NCBI GenBank assembly: GCA_002189035.1
Contig: NEEC01000159.1
Coordinates: 16,155-80,154 of the forward strand
Origin: Utricularia gibba
Taxonomy: Eukaryota; Plantae; Magnoliophyta
DNA length: 64,000 bases
Direction of reading: 5' to 3'
Shown piece by piece: positions 1 to 10,485 of this stretch. A program made the translations under genes and the position numbers. Every line of letters begins with the position of its first letter. Within the stretch, counting starts at the first letter, position 1. Below the pieces are notes generated by a model, which was not told the DNA's origin, did not search any database, and saw only the letters and a list, made by a program, of their open reading frames with translations.

Positions 1-425
1 TCTGCGTTTTTTCGGGTGATGTGAAATATGGGTTTTCGAGGCGATCTTTGCACATGCTTAGGGTGTGTCCCTACCCGAAGCCTCATGGTTTCCTCGCACA
101 CGTTCGGCATCTCGTCGATATCCTGAAGACCGTGATGAGTCACGCTGCGCCCGGAATACCGTTTCGAAGCTCGTTCCGAGCCGGTCATCTTCCGTGTTGA
201 AAGCTTCTTCGTCCGAGGATGCATCAGAGCTCGAATTATCGCCTTATATTAGCCTTCAGATGCGCCACAAAGTGGCCACCACGTTCGCGACGATGCGACT
301 TGGAACACCAAAATCGACGTGATTGTGAATTTTCGGCTTGCAAAACATCTGCGTTTTTTCGGGTGATGTGAAATATGGGTTTTCGAGGCGATCTTTGCAC
401 ATGCTTAGGGTGTGTCCCTACCCGA

Positions 426-720
426 CACCGTTCGGCTCATATCCTGGACCGTGATTCACGCTGCGCCCGGACCGTTTCGAAGCTCGTTCGAGCATCTCCG
501 TGTTGAATGCGTCCGAGGATGCATCTCTTATCGATAGAGATGTGCCGTGGCCATTCGCGACGATGCGACTTGGAACACCAAATCGACGCGGCCGGATGTG
601 AAATACCGATTTTGCGCGCCACAAAGTTCCGGCACCACGTCGCTTCCGTGTGTTGAAAAAGCTTCTTCGTCCGAGGATCAAAATCGACGCGATTGTGATT
701 TCGCCTCGGCTTGCAAAACA
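426..720. other. Compressed/scrambled satellite patch (probable consensus artefact)
   Basis: Multiple 3-7 bp deletions followed by shuffled monomer fragments (GATGTGAAATA, GCGCCACAAAGT, CTTCCGTG..GCTTCTTCGTCCGAGGAT). No non-satellite sequence. Confidence 0.6.
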
Positions 721-1423
721 TCTGCGTTTTTTCGGGTGATGTGAAATATGGGTTTTCGAGGCGATCTTTGCACATGCTTAGGGTGTGTCCCTACCGAAGC
801 CTCATGGTTTCCTCGCACACCGTTCGGCATCTCGTCGATATCCTGAAGACCGTGATGAGTCACGCTGCGCCCGGAATACCGTTTCGAAGCTCGTTCCGAG
901 CCGTCATCTTCCGTGTTGAAAGCTTCTTCGTCCGAGGATGCATAAGAGCTCGAATTATCGCCTTATATTAGCCTTCAGATGTGCCACAAAGTGGCCACCA
1001 CGTTCGCGACGACGCGACTTGGAACACCAAAATCGACGTGATTGTAATTTTCGGCTTGCAAAACATCTGCGTTTTTTCGGGTGATGTGAAATATGGGTTT
1101 TCGAGGCGATCTTTGCACATGCTTAGGGTGTGTCCCTACCGAAGCCTCATGGTTTCCTCGCACACCGTTCGGCATCTCGTCGATATCCTGAAGACCGTGA
1201 TGAGTCACGCTGCGCCCGGAATACCGTTTCGAAGCTCGTTCCGAGCCGGTCATCTTCCGTGTTGAAGCTTCTTCGTCCGAGGATGCATCAGAGCTCGAAT
1301 TATCGCCTTCTATTAGCCTTCAGATGTGCCACAAAGTGGCCACCACGTTCGCGACGATGCGACTTGGAACACCAAATCGACGCGATTGATTTTCGGCTTG
1401 CAAAACATCTGCGTTTTTTCGGG

Positions 1424-1578
1424 TGCAAAACAATCATGGGTTTTCGAGGGTGATGTGAATTGCACATTTCGCTTAGGATGTTTGCCTACCCGATGCTTAT
1501 GGTTTCGTCGCTACACCGTTCGGCATCTCATGTCGATATCCTGACAGTTCGGCATCTCGTCGATATCCTGAAGACCGA
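1424..1578. other. Scrambled satellite patch with local stutter
   Basis: A noisy copy of consensus 15-130 with GTTCGGCATCTC..GTCGATATCCTGA written twice. Confidence 0.6.
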
Positions 1579-3634
1579 TGAGTCACGCTGCGCCCGGCAT
1601 ACCGTTTCGAAGCTCGTTCCGAGCCGGTCATCTTCCGTGTTTGCTTTCTTCGTCCGAGGATGCATCAGAGCTCGAATTATCGCCTTCTATTAGCCTTCAG
1701 ATGTGCCACAAAGTGGCCACCACGTTCGCGACGATGCGACTTGGAACACAAAAAAATCGACGCGATTGTGATTTTCGGCTTGCAAAACATCTGCGTTTTT
1801 CGGGTGATGTGAAATATGGGTTTTCGAGGCGATCTTTGCACATGCTTAGGGTGTGCCCTACCCCGAAGCCTCATGGTTTCCTCGCACACCGTTCGGCATC
1901 TCTCGATATCCTGAAGACCGTGATGAGTCACGCTGCGCCCGGCATACCGTTTCGAAGCTCGTTCCGAGCCGGTCATCTTCCGTGTTGAAAGCTTCTTCGT
2001 CCGAGGATGCATCAGAGCTCGAATTATCGCCTTCTATTAGCCTTCAGATGCGCCACAAAGTGGCCACCACGTTCGCGACGATGCGACTTGTAACACCAAG
2101 AATCGACGCGATTGTGATTTTCGGCTTGCAAAACATCTGCGTTTTTGGGTGATGTGAAATATGGGTTTTCGAGGCGATCTTTGCACATGCTTAGGGTGTG
2201 TTCTACCGAAGCCTCATGGTTTCCTCGCACACCGTTCGGCATCTCGTCGATATCCTGACCGTGATGAGTCACGCTGCGCCGGAATACCGTTTCGAAGCTC
2301 GTTCCGAGCCGTCATCTTCCGTGTTGAAAGCTTCTTCGTCCAGGATGCATCAGAGCTCGAATTATCGCCTTAATTAGCCTTCAGATGTGCCACAAAGTGG
2401 CCACCACGTTCGCGACGATGCGACTTGGAACACCAAATCGACGTGATTGTAATTTTCGGCTTGCAAAACATCTGCGTTTTTTCGGGTGATGTGAAATATG
2501 GGTTTTCGAGGCGATCTTTGCACATGCTTAGGGTGTGTCCCTACCGAAGCCTCATGGTTTCCTCGCACACCGTTCGGCATCTCGTCGATATCCTGAAGAC
2601 CGTGATGAGTCACGCTGCGCCCGGAATACCGTTTCGAAGCTCGTTCCGAGCCGGTCATCTTCCGTGTTGAAAGCTTCTTCGTCCGAGGATGCATCAGAGC
2701 TCGAATTATCGCCTTATATTAGCCTTCAGATGCGCCACAAAGTGGCCACCACGTTCGCGACGATGCGACTTGGAACACAAAATCGACGCGATTGTAATTT
2801 TCGGCTTGCAAAACATCTGCGTTTTTTCGGTGATGTGAAATATGGGTTTTCGAGGCGATCTTTGCACATGCTTAGGGTGTGTCCTACCGAAGCCTCATGG
2901 TTTCCTCGCACACCGTTCGGCATCTCGTCGATATCCTGAAGACCGTGATGAGTCACGCTGCGCCCGGAATACCGTTTCGAAGCTCGTTCCGAGCCGGTCA
3001 TCTTCCGTGTTGAAAGCTTCTTCGTCCGAGGATGCATCAGAGCTCGAATTATCGCCTTCTATTAGCCTTCAGATGTGCCACAAAGTGGCCACCACGTTCG
3101 CGACGATGCGACTTGGAACACCAAAATCGACGCGATTGTGATTTTCGGCTTGCAAAACATCTGCGTTTTTTCGGGTGATGTGAAATATGGGTTTTCGAGG
3201 CGATCTTTGCACATGCTTAGGGTGTGTCCCTACCGAAGCCTCATGGTTTCCTCGCACACCGTTCGGCATCTCGTCGATATCCTGAAGACCGTGATGAGTC
3301 ACGCTGCGCCGGAATACCGTTTCGAAGCTCGTTCCGAGCCGGTCATCTTCCGTGTTGAAAGCTTCTTCGTCCGAGGATGCATCAGAGCTCGAATTATCGC
3401 CTTCTATTAGCCTTCAGATGCGCCACAAAGTGGCCACCACGTTCGCGACGATGCGACTTGGAAACACCAAAATCGACGCGATTGTAATTTTCGGCTTGCA
3501 AAACATCTGCGTTTTTTCGGGTGATGTGAAATATGGGTTTTCGAGGCGATCTTTGCACATGCTTAGGGTGTGTCCTACCGAAGCCTCATGGTTTCCTCGC
3601 ACACCGTTCGGCATCTCGTCGATATCCTGAAGAC

Positions 3635-6095
3635 CAATCCACGCCCCGCCGTTTTTTATCGTGTTGAAAGCTTCGTCCGAGATGCATAGAGCTCGAATTA
3701 TCGCCTTCTATTAGCCTTCAGATGCGCCACAAAGTGGCCACCACGTTCGCGACGATGCGACTTGGAACACCAAATCGACGCGATTGTGATTTTCGGCTTG
3801 CAAAACATCTGCGTTTTTGGGTGATGTGAAATATGGGTTTTCGAGGCGATCTTTGCACATGCTTAGGGTGTCCCTACCCGAAGCCTCATGGTTTCCTCGC
3901 ACACCGCGGCATCTCGTCGATATCCTGAAGACCGTGATGAGTCACGCTGCGCCCGATCCGTTTGAAGCAGCATCTTCCGCTTAGGATGCATCAGTCGTTA
4001 TCCCTACCTTCAGATGCGCCACAAAGCCTCGCGACGATGCGACTTGTAACACCAAATCGACGCGATTGTGATTTTCGGCTTGCAAAACATCTGCGTTTTT
4101 GGGTGATGTGAAATATGGGTTTTCGAGGCGATCTTTGCACATGCTTAGGGTGTGTCCTACAAGCCTCATGGTTTCCTCGCACACCGTTCGGCATCTCGTC
4201 GATATCCTGAAGACCGTGATGAGTCACGCTGCGCCCGGATACCGTTTCGAAGCTCGTTCCGAGCCGGTCATCTTCCGTGTTAAAGCTTCTTCGTCCGAGG
4301 ATGCATCAGAGCTCGGCCTCATCTTCATGCGTGTTCGCAAAGGAACTTCTTGCGCGTCCGAGGATGCACATCTTAGACCGCCTCATGAATTCGGCATCTC
4401 GCCCTTCACGCTGCGCCCGGAATACCGTTTCGAAGCTCGTTCCGAGCCGGTCATCTTCCGTGCTTCACATCAGAGTGGCCACCACGTGGCCACCACGTTC
4501 GCGACGATGCGACTTGTAACACCAATCGACGCGATTGTAATTTTCGGCTTGCAAAACATCTGCGTTTTTTCGGGTGATGTGAAATATGGGTTTTCGAGGC
4601 GATCTTGCACATGCTTAGGGTGTGTCCTACCGAAGCCTCATGGTTTCCTCGCACACCGTTCGGCATCTCGTCGATATCCTGAAGACCGTGATGAGTCACG
4701 CTGCGCCGCAATACCGTTTCGAAGCTCGTTCCGAGCCGGTCATCTTCCGTGTTTAAAGCTTCTTCGTCCGAGGATGCATCAGAGCTCGAATTATCGCCTT
4801 CTATTAGCCTTCAGATGCGCCACAAAGTGGCCACCACGTTCGCGACGATGCGACTTGGAACACCAAAATCGACGCGATTGATTTTCGGCTTGCAAAACAT
4901 CTGCGTTTTTTCGGGTGATGTGAAATATGGGTTTTCGAGGCGATCTTTGCACATGCTTAGGGTGTGTCCTACCCGAAGCCTCATGGTTTCCTCGCACACC
5001 GTTCGGCATCTCGTCGATATCCTGAAACCGTGACACGTGATACCGAGTCACGCTGCTTCTTCGTCCGAGGATGCATCAGAGCTCGAATTATCGCCTTCTA
5101 TTAGCCTTCAGATGCGCCACAGCTTCGCGACGATTCCGAGCGATTGTGATTTTCGGTCATCTGCGTTTTTTGGGTGATGTGAAATATGGGTTTTCGAGGC
5201 GATCTTTGCACATGCTTAGGGTGTGTCCTACCGAAGCCTCATGGTTTCCTCGCACACCGTTCGGCATCTCGTCGATATCCTGAAGACCGTGATGAGTCAC
5301 GCTGCGCCCGGAATACCGTTTCGAAGCTCGTTCCGAGCCGGTCATCTTCCGTGTTGAAGCTTCTTCGTCCGAGGATGCATCAGAGCTCGAATTATCGCCT
5401 TCTATTAGCCTTCAGATGTGCCACAAAGTGGCCACCACGTTCGCGACGATGCGACTTGGAACACCAAAATCGACGTGATTGTAATTTTCGGCTTGCAAAA
5501 CATCTGCGTTTTTTCGGGTGATGTGAAATATGGGTTTTCGAGGCGATCTTTGCACATGCTTAGGGTGTGTCCCTACCGAAGCCTCATGGTTTCCTCGCAC
5601 ACCGTTCGGCATCTCGTCGATATCCTGAAGACCGTGATGAGTCACGCTGCGCCCGGAATACCGTTTCGAAGCTCGTTCCGAGCCGGTCATCTTCCGTGTT
5701 GAAAGCTTCTTCGTCCGAGATGCATCAGAGCTCGAATTATCGCCTATTAGCCTTCAGATGTGCCACAAAGTGGCCACGTTCGCGACGAGCGACTTGGAAC
5801 ACAAATCGACGTGATTGTATTTTCGGCTTGCAAAACATCTGCGTTTTTTCGGGTGATGTGAAATATGGGTTTTCGAGGCGATCTTTGCATGGGGTGTCCC
5901 TCCCGCACACCCGTTCGGCATCTCGATATCCTGATGATGAGTCCGCTGAACCGTTTCGACCGTTCCGATGAGTCACGAGCTCGAATTATCGCCTTCTATT
6001 AGCCTTCAGATGTGCCACAAAGTGGCCACCACGTTCGCGACGATGCGACTTGGAACACCAAAATCGCGCGATCGTTCCGAGCCGGCACATGCTTA
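3635..6095. other. Cluster of degraded satellite patches (3635-3700, 3953-4030, 4315-4495, 5026-5165, 5885-6095)
   Basis: Short stretches of deleted, stuttered or shuffled monomer words between near-perfect monomers. For example, 5838-6367 holds two monomers in 530 bp. Confidence 0.6.
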
Positions 6096-9000
6096 TCTAC
6101 CGAAGCCTCATGGTTTCCTCGCACACCGTTCGGCATCTCGTCGATATCCTGAAGACCGTGATGAGTCACGCTGCGCCCGGAATACCGTTTCGAAGCTCGT
6201 TCCGAGCCGGTCATCTTCCGTGTTGAAAGCTTCTTCGTCCGAGATGCAGAGCTCGAATTATCGCCTTCTATTAGCCTTCAGATGTGCCACAAAGTGGCCA
6301 CCACGTTCGCGACGATGCGACTTGGAACACCAAAATCGACGTGATTGTATTTTCGGCTTGCAAAACATCTGCGTTTTTTCGGGTGATGTGAAATATGGGT
6401 TTTCGAGGCGATCTTTGCACATGCTTAGGGTGTGTCCCTACGAAGCCTCATGGTTTCCTCGCACACCGTTCGGCATCTCGTCGATATCCTGAAGACCGTG
6501 ATGAGTCACGCTGCGCCCGGAATACCGTTTCGAAGCTCGTTCCGAGCCGGTCATCTTCCGTGTTGAATGCTTCTTCGTCCGAGGATGCATAAGAGCTCGA
6601 ATTATCGCCTTATATTAGCCTTCAGATGTGCCACAAAGTGGCCACCACGTTCGCGACGATGCGACTTGGAACACCAAAATCGACGTGATTGTAATTTTCG
6701 GCTTGCAAAACATCTGCGTTTTTTCGGGTGATGTGAAATATGGGTTTTCGAGGCGATCTTTGCACATGCTTAGGGTGTGTCCCTACCGAAGCCTCATGGT
6801 TTCCTCGCACACCGTTCGGCATCTCGTCGATATCCTGAAGACCGTGATGAGTCACGCTGCGCCCGGATACCGTTTCGAAGCTCGTTCCGAGCCGGTCATC
6901 TTCCGTGTTTAAAGCTTCTTCGTCCGAGGATGCATCAGAGCTCGAATTATCGCCTTCTATTAGCCTTCAGATGTGCCACAAAGTGGCCACCACGTTCGCG
7001 ACGATGCGACTTGGAACACCAAAATCGACGCGATTGTATTTTCGGCTTGCAAAACATCTGCGTTTTTTCGGGTGATGTGAAATATGGGTTTTCGAGGCGA
7101 TCTTTGCACATGCTTAGGGTGTGTCCCTACCGAAGCCTCATGGTTTCCTCGCACACCGTTCGGCATCTCGTCGATATCCTGAAGACCGTGATGAGTCACG
7201 CTGCGCCCGGAATACCGTTTCGAAGCTCGTTCCGAGCCGGTCATCTTCCGTGTTGAATGCTTCTTCGTCCGAGGATGCATAAGAGCTCGAATTATCGCCT
7301 TATATTAGCCTTCAGATGTGCCACAAAGTGGCCACCACGTTCGCGACGATGCGACTTGGAACACCAAAATCGACGTGATTGTAATTTTCGGCTTGCAAAA
7401 CATCTGCGTTTTTTCGGGTGATGTGAAATATGGGTTTTCGAGGCGATCTTTGCACATGCTTAGGGTGTGTCCCTACTCGAAGCCTCATGGTTTCCTCGCA
7501 CACCGTTCGGCATCTCGTCGATATCCTGAAGACCGTGATGAGTCACGCTGCGCCCGGATACCGTTTCGAAGCTCGTTCCGAGCCGGTCATCTTCCGTTTG
7601 AATTCTTCGTCCGAGGATGCATCAGAGCTCGAATTATCGCCTTCTATTAGCCTTCAGATGTGCCACAAAGTGGCCACCACGTTCGCGACGATGCGACTTG
7701 GAACACCAAAATCGACACGATTGTGATTTTCGGCTTGCAAAACATCTGCGTTTTTTCGGGTGATGTGAAATATGGGTTTTCGAGGCGATCTTTCACATGC
7801 TTAGGGTGTGTCCTACCCGAAGCCTCATGGTTTCCTCGCACACCGTTCGGCATCTCGTCGATATCCTGAAGACCGTGATGAGTCACGCTGCGCCCGGAAT
7901 ACCGTTTCGAAGCTCGTTCCGAGCCGGTCATCTTCCGTGTTGAAAGCTTCTTCGTCCGAGGATGCATCAGAGCTCGAATTATCGCCTTCTATTAGCCTTC
8001 AGATGCCCACAAAGTGGCCACCACGTTCGCGACGATGCGACTTGTAACACCAAATCGACGCGATTGTATTTTCGGCTTGCAAAACATCTGCGTTTTTTGG
8101 GTGATGTGAAATATGGGTTTTCGAGGCGATCTTTGCACATGCTTAGGGTGTGTCCCTACCCGAAGCCTCATGGTTTCCTCGCACACCGTTCGGCATCTCG
8201 TCGATATCCTGAAGACCGTGATGAGTCACGCTGCGCCCGGAATACCGTTTCGAAGCTCGTTCCGAGCCGTCATCTTCCGTGTTGAAAGCTTCTTCGTCCG
8301 AGGATGCATCAGAGCTCGAATTATCGCCTTATTAGCCTTCAGATGTGCCACAAAGTGGCCACCACGTTCGCGACGATGCGACTTGGAACACCAAAATCGA
8401 CGTGATTGTAATTTTCGGCTTGCAAAACATCTGCGTTTTTTCGGGTGATGTGAAATATGGGTTTTCGAGGCGATCTTTGCACATGCTTAGGGTGTGTCCC
8501 TACCCGAAGCCTCATGGTTTCCTCGCACACCGTTCGGCATCTCGTCGATATCCTGAAGACCGTGATGAGTCACGCTGCGCCCGGAATACCGTTTCGAAGC
8601 TCGTTCCGAGCCGGTCATCTTCCGTGTTGAATGCTTCTTCGTCCGAGGATGCATAAGAGCTCGAATTATCGCCTTTATTAGCCTTCAGATGTGCCACAAA
8701 GTGGCCACCACGTTCGCGACGATGCGACTTGAACACCAAAATCGACGCGATTGTATTTTCGGCTTGCAAAACATCTGCGTTTTTTCGGGTGATGTGAAAT
8801 ATGGGTTTTCGAGGCGATCTTTGCACATGCTTAGGGTGTGTCCCTACCCGAAGCCTCATGGTTTCCTCGCACACCGTTCGGCATCTCGTCGATATCCTGA
8901 AGACCGTGATGAGTCACGCTGCGCCCGGATACCGTTTCGAAGCTCGTTCCGAGCCGGTCATCTTCCGTGTTGAAAGCTTCTTCGTCCGAGGATGCATCAG

Positions 9001-10138
9001 AGCTCGAATTATCGCCTTCTATTAGCCTTCAGATGCCACAAAGTGGCCACCACGTTCGCGACGATGCGACTTGGAACACCAAATCGACGGATTGTGATTT
9101 TCGGCTTGCAAAACATCTGCGTTTTTTCGGGTGATGTGAAATATGGGTTTTCGAGGCGATCTTTGCACATGCTTAGGGTGTGTCCCTACGAAGCCTCATG
9201 GTTTCCTCGCACACCGTTCGGCATCTCGTCGATATCCTGAAGACCGTGATGAGTCACGCTGCGCCCGGAATACCGTTTCGAAGCTCGTTCCGAGCCGGTC
9301 ATCTTCCGTGTTGAAAGCTTCTTCGTCCGAGGATGCATCAGAGCTCGAATTATCGATTAGCCTTCAGATGTGCCACAAAGTGGCCACCACGTTCGCGACG
9401 ATGCGACTTGGAACACCAAAAATCGACCGATTGTGATTTTCGGCTTGCAAAACATCTGCGTTTTTTGGGTGATGTGAAATATGGGTTTTCGAGGCGATCT
9501 TTGCACATGCTTAGGGTGTGTCCCTACCCGAAGCCTCATGGTTTCCTCGCAGTTCGGCATCTCGTCGATATCCTGAAGACCGTGATGAGTCACGCTGCGC
9601 CCGGAATACCGTTTCGAAGCTCGTTCCGAGCCGGTCATCTTCCGTGTTGAATGCTTCTTCGTCCGAGGATGCATCAGAGCTCGAATTATCGCCTTATTAG
9701 CCTTCAGATGTGCCACAAAGTGGCCACCACGTTCGCGACGATGCGACTTGGAACACCAAAATCGACGTGATTGTAATTTTCGGCTTGCAAAACATCTGCG
9801 TTTTTCGGGTGATGTGAAATATGGGTTTTCGAGGCGATCTTTGCACATGCTTAGGGTGTGTCCCTACCGAAGCCTCATGGTTTCCTCGCACACCGTTCGG
9901 CATCTCGTCGATATCCTGAAGACCGTGATGAGTCACGCTGCGCCCGGAATACCGTTTCGAAGCTCGTTCCGAGCCGGTCATCTTCCGTGTTGAATGCTTC
10001 TTCGTCCGAGATGCATAAGAGCTCGAATTATCGCCTTATATTAGCCTTCAGATGTGCCACAAAGTGGCCACCACGTTCGCGACGATGCGACTTGGAACAC
10101 CAAAATCGACGTGATTGTAATTTTCGGCTTGCAAAACA

Positions 10139-10485
10139 TCTGCGTTTTTTCGGGTGATGTGAAATATGGGTTTTCGAGGCGATCTTTGCACATGCTTAGG
10201 GTGTGTCCCTACCCGAAGCCTCATGGTTTCCTCGCACACCGTTCGGCATCTCGTCGATATCCTGAAGACCGTGATGAGTCACGCTGCGCCCGGCATACCG
10301 TTTCGAAGCTCGTTCCGAGCCGGTCATCTTCCGTGTTTAAAGCTTCTTCGTCCGAGGATGCATCAGAGCTCGAATTATCGCCTTCTATTAGCCTTCAGAT
10401 GTGCCACAAAGTGGCCACCACGTTCGCGACGATGCGACTTGGAACACCAAAATCGACGCGATTGTGATTTTCGGCTTGCAAAACA
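10139..10485 (+). repeat. Representative full-length 347-bp monomer (A-type)
   Basis: TCTGCG starts at 10139 and again at 10486. Carries GTCCCTACCCG, GGCATA, GTTTAAAG, ATGTGCC, CTTGGAAC and ACCAAAAT. Confidence 0.95.

Noticed and set aside
14-63. Possible G-quadruplex (GGG..GGG..GG..GGG)
   Set aside because: Only three GGG tracts with loops of 13 and 28 nt; it does not fit the canonical pattern.
57-64. TTAGGG telomere-like hexamer
   Set aside because: One copy per monomer, never tandem, and not TTTAGGG; compatible with chance.
148-168. CENP-B-box-like CCCG...CGAA and TTCG words
   Set aside because: The spacing is wrong: 11 nt between CCCG and CGAA versus 7 in the TTCG-N4-A-N2-CGGG box. No canonical box on either strand.
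176-245. 5S rRNA-like words (CGGTCAT..GTTGAAAGC..TTCTTCGTCCGA; CATCAGAGCTCGAATTA; CGCCCGGAATACCG), raising a 5S rDNA array or 5S-derived satellite
   Set aside because: The matches are short, need a composite 5S remembered from different taxa, and are not collinear (GGAATACCG lies upstream here). There is no box C or AGTACT..GGATGG segment, and the T6 run is not ~120 nt from a plausible start. An Infernal RF00001 search would settle it; I expect no significant hit.
116-346. Many 6-bp restriction palindromes (GATATC, TTCGAA, AAGCTT, ATGCAT, GAGCTC, TGGCCA, TCGCGA, TTGCAA), suggesting a synthetic polylinker
   Set aside because: Eight are observed versus about 5 expected by chance in 347 bp. Structured subfamily variation and CpG-type decay argue for a natural satellite.
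1-347. Monomer as a dimer of ~173-bp halves
   Set aside because: I found no recognisable similarity between the two halves by eye.
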